From positions 1 through 56,710 of the forward strand of contig CAUVMF010000001.1 of assembly GCA_963552975.1 (NCBI GenBank): a stretch of DNA of 56,710 nt, read 5' to 3'. The notes beneath the pieces are model-generated. The model was not told where the DNA came from. It ran no database searches and was given only the letters and a program-made list of their open reading frames with translations. A program made the translations under genes and the position numbers. Below are positions 47,790-56,710 of the stretch, in pieces. This stretch comes from an uncultured Selenomonas sp. GTDB taxonomy: Bacteria; Bacillota; Negativicutes; Selenomonadales; Selenomonadaceae. Each line of letters opens with the position of its first letter. Position 1 is the stretch's first letter.

Positions 47790-49052
47790 ATGGGCATGAA
47801 TATGAGCGAGAAGATTCTCGCACGCCATGCGGGACTGGAGCACGTTGAGCCGGGGCAGCTCGTCACGTGCCGTCTCGACATGGTGCTCGCAAACGATGTG
47901 ACGGGGCCGCCGTCGATCAAGGAGTTTGAAAAGACGGGACGCCCTGTCTTCGACCGCACGAAGATCGCGCTGATTCCCGATCATTTCCAGCCCGCGAAGG
48001 ACATCAAGTCCTCCGAGCTGGCAAAGATCATGCGCGACTTTGCACGCAAACATGACATCCTGCACTACTATGAGCAGGGGCGTGTCGGCATCGAGCACGT
48101 CATCCTGCCCGAGAAGGGCATCGTTGGGCCGGGCATGCTGACGATCGGCGCGGACTCGCACACCTGCACCTACGGCGCGGTGAACGGCTTCTCGACGGGC
48201 GTCGGTACGACCGATCTCGCGGTCGGCATGGCGACGGGCGAGGCGTGGTTCAAGGTACCCGAGGCGATCAACGTGTATCTGACGGGCAAAAAGCCCTCGG
48301 GCATCAGCGGCAAGGATGTGATCCTGACGCTCATCGGCATGATCGGCGTGGACGGAGCGCTCTATCAGAGCCTTGAGTTCACGGGCGAGGGCGTTGCCGA
48401 CCTCTCCATGACCGACCGACTGACGATTGCCAACATGGCAATCGAGGCGGGCGGCAAGAACGGCATTTTCCCGTACGATGATGTGTGCAAAGCATACGTC
48501 GAGGGGCGCATGACTGCACCGTTTGAGCCGATACATGCCGACCTTGACGCGCAGTATGCACGCACGGTGGAGATCGACCTCGGCGCACTGCGTCCCGTCG
48601 TTTCGTTCCCGCATCTGCCGGAGAACACAAAGCGCGTGATGGACATTGCAGAACCCATTGCGATTGATCAAGTTGTTATCGGTTCGTGCACGAACGGGCG
48701 GCTTGAGGACATGGAGATCGCGGCGGAGATTTTGAAGGGGCATACGGTGCATCCCCATGTCCGCTGCATCGTCATTCCCGGTTCGCCGTGGGTCTATCAG
48801 GAGGCAATGCGGCGCGGCTACATCGAGATCTTTATGGATGCGGGCGCGGCGGTCTCGACACCGACCTGCGGGCCGTGTCTCGGCGGCTACATGGGCATCC
48901 TCGCGGCAGGCGAGCGCTGCGTCTCGACGACGAACCGCAATTTTCGCGGGCGCATGGGACACGTTGACAGCGAGGTCTATCTCGCAGGGCCGCACGTCGC
49001 GGCGGCGAGTGCAATACTGGGGCGGATTGCAGCCCCCGAGGAGGTGGCGTGA
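47790..49052 (+). CDS. leuC: 3-isopropylmalate dehydratase large subunit
   Basis: [37 protein letters not shown]; short (420 aa) LeuC/HacA type. Confidence 0.93.
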   Translation: MGMNMSEKILARHAGLEHVEPGQLVTCRLDMVLANDVTGPPSIKEFEKTGRPVFDRTKIALIPDHFQPAKDIKSSELAKIMRDFARKHDILHYYEQGRVGIEHVILPEKGIVGPGMLTIGADSHTCTYGAVNGFSTGVGTTDLAVGMATGEAWFKVPEAINVYLTGKKPSGISGKDVILTLIGMIGVDGALYQSLEFTGEGVADLSMTDRLTIANMAIEAGGKNGIFPYDDVCKAYVEGRMTAPFEPIHADLDAQYARTVEIDLGALRPVVSFPHLPENTKRVMDIAEPIAIDQVVIGSCTNGRLEDMEIAAEILKGHTVHPHVRCIVIPGSPWVYQEAMRRGYIEIFMDAGAAVSTPTCGPCLGGYMGILAAGERCVSTTNRNFRGRMGHVDSEVYLAGPHVAAASAILGRIAAPEEVA

Positions 49053-49555
49053 TGTTCGAGGGAAAGGTCTGGCGGTACGGCGACAACATCGACACGGACG
49101 TTATCATTCCTGCGCGTTATCTCAATACGTTCGAGCCGAAGGCACTCGCGGCACACTGCATGGAGGACATCGACACGACGTTCGCCGGAAATGTGGCGGA
49201 GGGCGACATCATGGTTGGCGGGCGCAACTTCGGCTGCGGCTCCTCGCGTGAGCACGCACCCATTGCCATTGCAGCGTCGGGCGTACCCGTCGTGATTGCG
49301 GCGAGCTTTGCACGTATCTTCTACCGCAACGGCATCAACATCGGGCTGCCGCTCCTTGAGATCGGCGACGATGTGGAGAAGATCAGCGCGGGCGACCATC
49401 TGCGCGTGGACACGGCGACGGGAGCAATCGAGAATCTGACGACGGGCGACACGTTTCATGCGCATCCGCTGCCGGGCTTCGTGCAGGACATTGCGCGTGC
49501 GGGAGGGCTCTTAAGCTACATTCGCGAGAATGGAGGTTTCCGTCATGGCGTATAA
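49052..49555 (+). CDS. leuD: 3-isopropylmalate dehydratase small subunit
   Basis: DNIDTDVIIPARYL, NFGCGSSREHA, FARIFYRN. Confidence 0.93.
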   Translation: MFEGKVWRYGDNIDTDVIIPARYLNTFEPKALAAHCMEDIDTTFAGNVAEGDIMVGGRNFGCGSSREHAPIAIAASGVPVVIAASFARIFYRNGINIGLPLLEIGDDVEKISAGDHLRVDTATGAIENLTTGDTFHAHPLPGFVQDIARAGGLLSYIRENGGFRHGV

Positions 49556-50618
49556 GATTGCAGTCGTCCCGGGCGACGGCATCGGACAGGAGATCACGAC
49601 GGAAGCTGTGCGCGTGCTGAAAGCCGTCGATGCGAAATTCTGCCTTGGGCTGACATTTGAAACGTGCGATGCGGGCGGCACGGCGTACGATAAATACGGC
49701 ACGCCGCTGCCCGAGGACACGCTCGCGGTCTGCAAGGCATCGGACGGCGTGCTCTTTGGCGCGGTCGGCGGGACGAAGTGGGACAGCGTGGAGCCTGCCC
49801 TGCGTCCCGAGCGTGCGATCCTCGGACTGCGCAAGGGGCTCGGGCTATATGCGAATCTGCGCCCCGTGAAGGTCGCGGACGCGCTCATTGAGCACTCGCC
49901 GCTGAAACCGGAACTCGTGCGCGGTGTCGATCTCGTCATTGTACGCGAGCTGATCGGCGGCATCTACTTCGGCGAGAAATGCGAGTCCGAGCAGGTGGAC
50001 GGAAGAGAGCGTGCGTGGGACATGGAGAACTACTCCGTGCCCGAGGTGGAGCGCATCGCACGCCTTGCGTTCGAGACGGCGCGTCTGCGCCGCTCTAAGG
50101 TCACGTCCGTGGACAAGGCGAACGTGCTCGCAACCTCGCGCCTCTGGCGGCGCACAGTGACGGCGCTCGCCGAGGAGTATGCGGATGTGGCACTCGATCA
50201 TCTCTACGTCGACAACTGCGCCATGCAGCTTGCCGTGCGTCCGACGCAGTTCGACGTGATCGTGACGGGCAATCTCTTTGGCGACATTCTCTCCGACGAG
50301 GCGGCGGTCATCGGCGGCTCGATCGGGCTGATGCCGTCCGCGTCCATCGGCACGGGCACGAGCCTCTTTGAGCCGATTCACGGCAGTGCGCCCGACATCG
50401 CAGGGCAGGGCATCGCAAACCCGCTTGGGACGATCCTCTCGGCGGCGATGCTCCTGCGCTATGCACTCCATGAGGAGGAGGCTGCTGCTGCGGTCGAGGC
50501 GGCGGTGGATGCCGCGCTCGCAGAGGGCAAGCGCACGGCGGATATCTACCTCGCGGACACGGGTTGCACAAAGGTCGGCACGCGCGAGATGGCAGACGCT
50601 GTGCTCGCGCATCTGTAA
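49545..50618 (+). CDS. leuB: 3-isopropylmalate dehydrogenase
   Basis: GDGIGQE, LYANLRP, VDKANVL, NLFGDILSD, EPIHGSAPDIAG. Confidence 0.96.
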   Translation: MAYKIAVVPGDGIGQEITTEAVRVLKAVDAKFCLGLTFETCDAGGTAYDKYGTPLPEDTLAVCKASDGVLFGAVGGTKWDSVEPALRPERAILGLRKGLGLYANLRPVKVADALIEHSPLKPELVRGVDLVIVRELIGGIYFGEKCESEQVDGRERAWDMENYSVPEVERIARLAFETARLRRSKVTSVDKANVLATSRLWRRTVTALAEEYADVALDHLYVDNCAMQLAVRPTQFDVIVTGNLFGDILSDEAAVIGGSIGLMPSASIGTGTSLFEPIHGSAPDIAGQGIANPLGTILSAAMLLRYALHEEEAAAAVEAAVDAALAEGKRTADIYLADTGCTKVGTREMADAVLAHL

Positions 50619-50624
50619 GCATAT

Positions 50625-50665
50625 ATAGCAAAAGGGAATGCCTGTGCGGCATTCCCTTTTGCTAT
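50625..50665. terminator. Bidirectional terminator
   Basis: ATAGCAAAAGGGAATGCC ... GGCATTCCCTTTTGCTAT between convergent genes. Confidence 0.85.
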
Positions 50666-50669
50666 GAAA

Positions 50670-51863
50670 TCATGCGGGCGCATGACCCCGCATAATATAC
50701 CTCCACCAGACAAACAGCGCGAGGACAAGCAGGATCGAGCCTGCCGTTGGAAAGAGGTAGTGCATTCCGAGATAGGTCGCGACCACACCGCCGAGGAGAG
50801 GTCCCGTGAATCCGCCGACCTGCTGCGCGGCAAAGAGCATGCCGAAGACGCTCCCTTTCAGCTGTGCGGGCGTGTGCTGTGCGATGACGGCGTTCAGCGA
50901 CGGCTGCACCCCTGCCATAAACAGCCCAACGCCGAACTGCATCGCGGCGAACGGGAGAAGAGTATCGGGAATTCCCTGCAGCGCGAGCATCGTCCCCGCA
51001 CAGAACATCGCGAGGCACATGGCGACGAAGTAGCTGCGCCGCGTACCAAAGATCCCCCACAGCGGCGCGGACATCGCGCCTGCAATGCCGCCGAGCGAGA
51101 ACACAACGCCTGCAACGAGCACGATGTTCTCCATATCGCCCGCGAGATATTTGATGTACGTGGTAATCACAGGCATAAGGATGAACGTCACCATCTGCGC
51201 GAGCGTACTCACGATCATCATCGTGCGCAGGATGGGGATGCGCCAGAGATGCCACGGGTTTTTCTCCTCCGCCGTGAGCGGAGTACTGTCCTCGGGCATC
51301 GGCGGCTCTTTGATGATGAAGGTGAACGCGAGGAAATTGATGAAGAGAGCGAGTCCGCCGATGTAGAAGCTCGCACGCATCCCGAACGCCTCCGCGAGCA
51401 CACCGCCGAGCAGAGGTCCCACAACGCCGCCCGCCGTCAGCGTGCCCTGCATGATGCCGAGGGAGAAGCCGAGCCGTTCACGTGGCGCGTAGAGCGTCAT
51501 GATCGCGAGATCCATCGGCCACAGCCCCGCCGCAAATCCCTGAAAGAGCCGTACGAGTACAAGCTGCTCGGGAGAGGTGACGATGCCGCCGAGGAAATAG
51601 CTGATCGAGATGAGGAGACTTGCACGCATCGCCATGAGGCGTTTCCCCTTGCGGTCGGCCATGCGCCCCCAGATCGGAGCCATCACCGCCGAGACGAGGA
51701 AGGTTACGGAGAACGCCACGCCCGACCAGAGATTTACGGTCGCATCGTCGACACCGAGCTCGCTCGTCAGATACATCGGAAGGAACGGAATGATCATCGT
51801 ATAGCTTGCGGACATGAAGAGCACGTTGCACGTTAGCAGCGCGAGGACGACTTTCCAATTCAT
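50670..51863 (-). CDS. MFS transporter (DHA1/MdtG-like)
   Basis: About 12 transmembrane segments; motif A WGRMADRKGKR; RLFQG; GPLLGG. Confidence 0.92.
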   Translation of the reverse strand: MNWKVVLALLTCNVLFMSASYTMIIPFLPMYLTSELGVDDATVNLWSGVAFSVTFLVSAVMAPIWGRMADRKGKRLMAMRASLLISISYFLGGIVTSPEQLVLVRLFQGFAAGLWPMDLAIMTLYAPRERLGFSLGIMQGTLTAGGVVGPLLGGVLAEAFGMRASFYIGGLALFINFLAFTFIIKEPPMPEDSTPLTAEEKNPWHLWRIPILRTMMIVSTLAQMVTFILMPVITTYIKYLAGDMENIVLVAGVVFSLGGIAGAMSAPLWGIFGTRRSYFVAMCLAMFCAGTMLALQGIPDTLLPFAAMQFGVGLFMAGVQPSLNAVIAQHTPAQLKGSVFGMLFAAQQVGGFTGPLLGGVVATYLGMHYLFPTAGSILLVLALFVWWRYIMRGHAPA

Positions 51864-52108
51864 AGATAGACTCCCCTTCCCCCATAGATTCCCTGCCTGT
51901 ATTCTACCACGTTTTTTGGAAAATAAAACAGTGTAAAATAGGACAGAATACCCATACGTTGATTTTCTGACAGTCTTGTGCTATAGTAATACAAACACGA
52001 AACAATCCATGCAGAAAATGCGCGCCGACAGAGCACGCCATAAAACACCGCAACACCCCTCTGCCGCGCGACACTTACGGCAGATTTTTTTGAAAGTAAG
52101 GATTGCCC

Positions 52109-52768
52109 ATGAAACACATCGTCGTAGACCTTGAGATGAACCCTGTCGCAAAGGAACACAGGGACATCCGTAGAAAACTCAACGGAGAGATCATCGAGAT
52201 CGGCGCGGTGCGCCTAGATGAGAACTTTGCGCAGGAAGACGATTTCCAGTGCTATGTCTGCCCCGAGTACGGGATGGTGAAGAAGCACATCACCGAGCTC
52301 ACGGGCATCACGCAGGAGAAGGTCGCGGGACGCCCTGCATTTTCCGAGAGCTTTCACGCGTTCGTCGCATGGATCGGCGAGGCAGAGACGAAGATCTATT
52401 CGTGGAGCATGTCCGACATCAAGCAGCTGCGCAAGGAATGTCGCTTGAAGCTGCCCGACTTTGATGTGAGCTGGCTCGATACGCGCTGGGTTGACCTGCA
52501 GCAGGCATTCGATGATCGTCTCGGCCTGCACAACAGCCTCGCACTGAAGCACGCACTCGGCGCGATGGGGCGCAGATTCGAGGGCAGCCAGCACTCCGCG
52601 CTCGCCGACGCAGTGAATACAAGCGCCGTCCTCGCACTCATGCAGGATGACGTGAAATTCCGCGAGACCATGCGCCCCGTCCTCGAGATCCTCGAACCGA
52701 GTGCGGGGCTCTCGGACGCGATCGGGGATCTGTTCCCCGACCTTGAGAAACTGAAGAACAAGCTGTAA
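52109..52768 (+). CDS. DEDDh 3'-5' exonuclease (KapD/ERI-1-like)
   Basis: VDLEM, EIIEIGAV, ELTGITQ, HSALADA. Confidence 0.88.
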   Translation: MKHIVVDLEMNPVAKEHRDIRRKLNGEIIEIGAVRLDENFAQEDDFQCYVCPEYGMVKKHITELTGITQEKVAGRPAFSESFHAFVAWIGEAETKIYSWSMSDIKQLRKECRLKLPDFDVSWLDTRWVDLQQAFDDRLGLHNSLALKHALGAMGRRFEGSQHSALADAVNTSAVLALMQDDVKFRETMRPVLEILEPSAGLSDAIGDLFPDLEKLKNKL

Positions 52769-52776
52769 GTAAATGA

Positions 52777-52813
52777 AAGAACCGTCGTACGCGAAAGTGT
52801 GCGGCGGTTCTTT
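52777..52813 (+). terminator. Intrinsic terminator
   Basis: AAAGAACCGTCGTAC ... GTGCGGCGGTTCTTT. Confidence 0.7.
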
Positions 52814-52835
52814 GTTTCGGCCGTAAAGAATATAG

Positions 52836-52863
52836 TAGACGGGGGGGTGGAACGTGCTATAAT
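52836..52863 (+). promoter_or_regulatory. Putative tpsBA promoter with a G7 tract in the spacer
   Basis: TAGACG-16 nt-TATAAT with an extended -10 TG; G run at 52841-52847. Confidence 0.5.
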
Positions 52864-52933
52864 TCTAATACACATAAAATTGTGGATAAGTTGTATGATA
52901 AACATAGGTGACTAAGGAAAGGTTGGTCGAGAC

Positions 52934-53955
52934 ATGAACAAGGAAGCTCAGTCCAAAAGAATCGCCGCAGCCCTACTGGCGAGTGGGATTTGTCTCTACG
53001 GCGTGAGTGCGGACGCTGCTGCGCAGGAGGATCGGAGCGCACAGCGTGAGATCGAGCGCTCCGAGATTGCCGTACGGCACGCTGCCGAGGAGAATGCGCC
53101 GCAGATGAGTATGCAGCGTGACCATGTTCACGTCAGCGAGATTGCTGTAACGGGGACCCTCAACCTCACACCGGAGAAAGTGCTTTCGCTTCTGCCCGAA
53201 CTAAAGCAGGATGAGGTCAGCATCAAGAAGCTCTCCATGCAGATCCAGACGGTCAACGACACGGGGGCACTCGTCTTTGTCACGGAGTTCACGCCGGACG
53301 GTGCGGGCGCCTATCGCGTGCTCGTTCATGCAGACGCGCAGGATAACGATCATTTCCGTCTGGGCATCAGCAACACGGGGACGAAGTACACGGGACAGGT
53401 GCGTTCCTCTCTCACCTATGTGAACAACAATGTCTCGGGGGAAGCGGACACCCTCGGTGTCTCATCACGCCGGGGAGCGATGCGCAGTTCCTCCTCCTGC
53501 GTGCAGGTGTCAACTATCAGGCACGTTCGCAGAGTGACTGGATTACAGGCGTCAGCCTCCAGGGACAGTACACGGGGCAGCACATCATCTCCGCCGAGCA
53601 GATCGGTGCGGGTGGGGCGATGAGTGTGCGCGGTTTTGACGAGCGTGCGATGAGCGCGGACAAGGGCATCGTCGGCAAGATCGAGATCTATACGCCTGAA
53701 GTCGAAAAGGGACTGCGCTTCGTTGCCTTTACGGACTATGCATGGCTCTGGAACAACGTGAACAATCGTAGCGTCGGCTTTGATCATGATACCATCGGTT
53801 CGGTTGGTCTCGGTGTTCGTTACACCAATCCGCGCAGCGGATTGTCTCTCGCGGTGGACTATGCACACATCATCAAGCAGGCGAGCAAGGTCGATCTCGG
53901 CGTTCTGCGCCAGAACCGCCGCCCGTGGAACTTCTCGGCAAGCATGAGCTTCTAA
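52934..53955 (+). pseudogene. TpsB (ShlB/FhaC/HecB) outer-membrane transporter, internally deleted and frameshifted
   Basis: Signal peptide, POTRA-like region and SNTGTKYTG in frame 52934. From ~53461 another frame reads ...SAEQIGAGGAMSVRGFDE...FSASMSF* (VRGF loop-6 motif, terminal Phe). Total is about 340 codons, much shorter than a full TpsB. Confidence 0.8.
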
Positions 53956-53979
53956 ATAGGGGAGAAAGGAAGGATTCGC

Positions 53980-56514
53980 ATGAATAAGAGATGGAAGAAT
54001 CTGCGCAGGAGTACACTCACGGCACTCATCACGCTTGCACTCACAAGCTCGGCACTCGCAATGCCATCGGGTGGCGTGCAAGAGCAAGGCAATGTCAGCA
54101 TTGATCTAGGGAATCTTGCGCAGGTCAATAGCGGTGCAACGATCACGGCGCAGTCGAACAGCATCATCAACTGGAACGATTTCAGCATCGCGAAGGGGGA
54201 ACTGCTGAACTTCAACACGGCGGCGGGGGCACTGCTCAACCGCGTGACGAGTGACAAGGTGTCCGAGCTCCTTGGCACGATGACGCAGACAGGGGCAAAT
54301 CCCCTCTTTGTCGTCAATCCGAACGGCATCCACATCGGCGGCGGTGCGACGATTGACGCAGCGAACATCGCCCTCTCGACCCTTGCGATGAGCTCGGGAG
54401 ACTTTAACGCTGCGGCGAGTGGGAGCAACTATGCGCTGGCACAAAGCCCGAAGGGCGTAAAAGCAGTCACGATTGACAGCGGGGCGAAGATTGGTGTTGG
54501 CAACACGCTGAATATCTACGGCGGTAAGGTTGTTGTCGCTGATGGCGTGATATTCAATCCCTCGGACAAAAAGACTGCGAAAAAACACTATGCGCTGATT
54601 GTTGCAGGGGATCGTGCGACAATGCGGATGGATCCCAAGGACGGGGAGACACAGCCCGTGCGTGTCACAACGACAAAGGACAATACGGCGGAGTTCCACG
54701 GGACGATGAACGTCTACAATGATGCCGATATTCGTGTGGTCGGTTCGTCGGTGAATCTGGACAAGGCTGTTGTCAGCAGCGGTGGAAAGTTCGAGGCAAT
54801 GGCGGTCAAGCAGGCGGGCTACAACGGCAATGCCTATCGTGAGGATGCGGATGCGACGAATGTACTCGCGGCGGACGGTCTTACGGGACGGAGCGGGGAG
54901 TATAGCCTTTCGGGCGGCAAGGTCGATTTGAAGAATAGTTCGATCACGGGCAGCAAGATTGAGATTCGCGGAGAACAGGACTATCAGCAGATCGGCGATA
55001 TGAATCGCGGGCGTGCTGTGCAGGTGCATCGCGCGGGGCCGGACAACACTGTGACGCTGAACCATGTGACGCTGAATCAGCAGGGCGGCGGCGACTATGC
55101 GTGGTTCTATATCAATGGCGGCAAAGTGACAATGAAGGATTCTGTACTGGAATCCGATGTTACAGGAAATATCTCTGCCGCACAGTATACGGAGCGTATT
55201 TCCAATGCGGAGAAGGAATATGAACCTAAGAGTGTTTCCGACGAGTGGCGTACAACAAAGGGCAATGCGCTCACGGTCGAGGGAGGAAAGCTGACGGGGA
55301 ACATGGATGGTAGTAAACGTTCGCTCAATCTTGTCGGTTCGACGGTGGATCTGAACGGTGTCTCCATCACGGCAAAGGGGACGCTCAGTCCGATTGCAGC
55401 GCAGAGCGTGCGGGATACGGAGAAGGGGCGTGTCATTACCTCGGCTGTGGGAAATGTCGTACGCACGAATCAAGCGAAAATCGACGCGAATTATATGATG
55501 ATGAGCGGTGGGAACGTCCAGCTGAAGGACTCGGACATCAAAGCAACGAATCGTGCAAAACTCTCGGCTGTGAAAACGTGGTCACGGTTGAAGGATCGAG
55601 AAACACAGACAGCAACTGTTGACAATGTACTCTATATTGACCATACGAATCTTCATGTTGATGGTTGGCTTGCTACTGCCAGCGGAACGACAAATATTGT
55701 CAATGATTCGGAAATAACAGGCGGGATGTTGCGCTTTGGTGCGCTGCATAGCTATGATGATGCCAATAACCGTAAAGTATTCAATGTCACGGCGAAGAAT
55801 GCGGTCAACGTCTGGGATTCGACAATTCGCGGGCATGATGTCGGATTTTCTGCAGGTGCGGTTGGTGTCTGGAAGGGAACAACGAAGGGCAGTACGGTCG
55901 ATGCGAACCAACCAATTTACACGAGTGGACCGACGCATACGGACGGTTCTGTTCTCGCCCTTGCGCGTGATGCAGACTCTCATGTGCGTGTGAATGGGCA
56001 AGGTGAGCAGGGCTTTCATTTGGCAAGCACCGCCCCCACCGTTCCTGCTCTGCCGAAGCTCCCCGACGTGCCTGTCTCGCCGATGCCGTCCGTTTCTCCT
56101 GCGGGCGAGGATGTCTCTGCAAGTGATGCGGAGAATATGGAGACGGGAGAGCGCAAGGCTCGTGCCGCTTTTGATGCAAGTCACAATGCCGTCGAACGCC
56201 GCGAGAACCTCACCATCCAGATGCGTGAACTGAGTCAGAAGAGTCCGAATGGACGCGCCTCGATTGGTGTTATTATGGGAGCAATGCAAGCAATCAACAA
56301 AGCGTCGAACATTTCGGATGCTGAGAAATACACACTGATGCAGACCGTCATCAATGCCGACGATACGACGAACCGCATGGCGACGGCTCAGGATACGACA
56401 ACGGTCGTGTCAACGGAGGACGCGGTCGATGTTGCGACGTATGTGGAGGATCCGATGCAACCGCTGACGATGAGCGAGGCGGAGGAGACCATTATCTTCG
56501 CCGATAAGAGATAA
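53980..56514 (+). CDS. TpsA filamentous-haemagglutinin-family exoprotein
   Basis: Signal peptide, then TPS domain MPSGG...IINWNDFSI...LNRVT...NPNGI; beta-helix body; Pro-rich linker and helical C-terminus. Confidence 0.88.
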   Translation: MNKRWKNLRRSTLTALITLALTSSALAMPSGGVQEQGNVSIDLGNLAQVNSGATITAQSNSIINWNDFSIAKGELLNFNTAAGALLNRVTSDKVSELLGTMTQTGANPLFVVNPNGIHIGGGATIDAANIALSTLAMSSGDFNAAASGSNYALAQSPKGVKAVTIDSGAKIGVGNTLNIYGGKVVVADGVIFNPSDKKTAKKHYALIVAGDRATMRMDPKDGETQPVRVTTTKDNTAEFHGTMNVYNDADIRVVGSSVNLDKAVVSSGGKFEAMAVKQAGYNGNAYREDADATNVLAADGLTGRSGEYSLSGGKVDLKNSSITGSKIEIRGEQDYQQIGDMNRGRAVQVHRAGPDNTVTLNHVTLNQQGGGDYAWFYINGGKVTMKDSVLESDVTGNISAAQYTERISNAEKEYEPKSVSDEWRTTKGNALTVEGGKLTGNMDGSKRSLNLVGSTVDLNGVSITAKGTLSPIAAQSVRDTEKGRVITSAVGNVVRTNQAKIDANYMMMSGGNVQLKDSDIKATNRAKLSAVKTWSRLKDRETQTATVDNVLYIDHTNLHVDGWLATASGTTNIVNDSEITGGMLRFGALHSYDDANNRKVFNVTAKNAVNVWDSTIRGHDVGFSAGAVGVWKGTTKGSTVDANQPIYTSGPTHTDGSVLALARDADSHVRVNGQGEQGFHLASTAPTVPALPKLPDVPVSPMPSVSPAGEDVSASDAENMETGERKARAAFDASHNAVERRENLTIQMRELSQKSPNGRASIGVIMGAMQAINKASNISDAEKYTLMQTVINADDTTNRMATAQDTTTVVSTEDAVDVATYVEDPMQPLTMSEAEETIIFADKR

Positions 56515-56577
56515 CGAGAAAGATAAAGGGGCGTATCAATCGTCATAAGCCTCACGCCACTGCGCAAGAGCAATTTT

Positions 56578-56609
56578 CCTCCCCCGTTTCGACGGGGGAG
56601 GCTTTTCTT
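56578..56609 (+). terminator. Terminator after tpsA (REP-like hairpin)
   Basis: CCTCCCCCGT-TTCG-ACGGGGGAGG followed by CTTTTCTT. Confidence 0.75.
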
Positions 56610-56620
56610 GTGCACACAAC

Positions 56621-56644
56621 AAAAAGCCGCCCATGTGGGCGGCT
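56621..56644 (-). terminator. Terminator downstream of tmRNA
   Basis: AGCCGCCC-ATGT-GGGCGGCT with a U-tract on the minus strand. Confidence 0.75.
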
Positions 56645-56657
56645 CATACAGTCGTAT

Positions 56658-56710
56658 TGGTGGAGATGAGGAGAATCGAACTCCTGTCCGAAGATAATAC
56701 TACATGGATT
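56658..56710 (-). ncRNA. ssrA: tmRNA 3' end (partial; continues beyond the window)
   Basis: Minus strand ...TTCGGACAGGAGTTCGATTCTCCTCATCTCCACCA: T-arm plus an Ala-type acceptor stem ending CTCCACCA, preceded by the tmRNA-typical GGAC. Confidence 0.85.

Noticed and set aside
53620..53955. Independent 111-aa gene
   Set aside because: The frame is open upstream to ~53461 with TpsB barrel sequence, so it is the distal fragment of the broken tpsB.
1..56710. CRISPR array, prophage, integrase/transposase, retron or DGR
   Set aside because: No regularly spaced repeats, cas, phage, recombinase or reverse-transcriptase motifs seen. Autotransporter repeats are coding and degenerate, without adenine-specific variation.
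56658..56710. tRNA-Ala
   Set aside because: The sequence upstream of the T-arm (…GTAGTATTATCTTCGGAC) does not form a tRNA anticodon or variable arm and matches the tmRNA 3' pattern.

Overview
GC-rich chromosomal segment that looks like a diderm Firmicute (Negativicutes, probably Selenomonas-like). This is inferred from Firmicute gene order (valS-folC, yaaR-holB-yaaT) occurring alongside outer-membrane autotransporters and a two-partner secretion locus. Left to right: (1) valS (5'-truncated)-folC-O-antigen-ligase-like-rex; (2) a succinate-to-propionate cluster (CoA transferase, split methylmalonyl-CoA mutase, MeaB, epimerase, mmdA, an uncalled 45-aa mmdE-like gene, mmdC; no mmdB/mmdD here); (3) HAD and PHP phosphatases, metA, secreted hypotheticals, NlpC/P60, two YbjN-like genes and a PilZ protein; (4) yaaR-holB-yaaT-tRNA methyltransferase; (5) two giant paralogous modular autotransporters bracketing a 2.7-kb patch with a HipA/CtkA-like kinase plus small partner, a thioesterase and hicAB; (6) ddh, ilvN-ilvC-leuCDB, an MFS transporter and an exonuclease; (7) a broken tpsB, an intact tpsA and the 3' end of tmRNA. 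The main structure the genes do not explain is a ~160-bp non-coding mobile element present four times. It has 15-bp terminal inverted repeats, copy-specific 4-bp TTAN target duplications, and a covarying, G.U-rich long-hairpin fold. One copy interrupts the hicA toxin gene, and removing it restores a complete 61-aa HicA.
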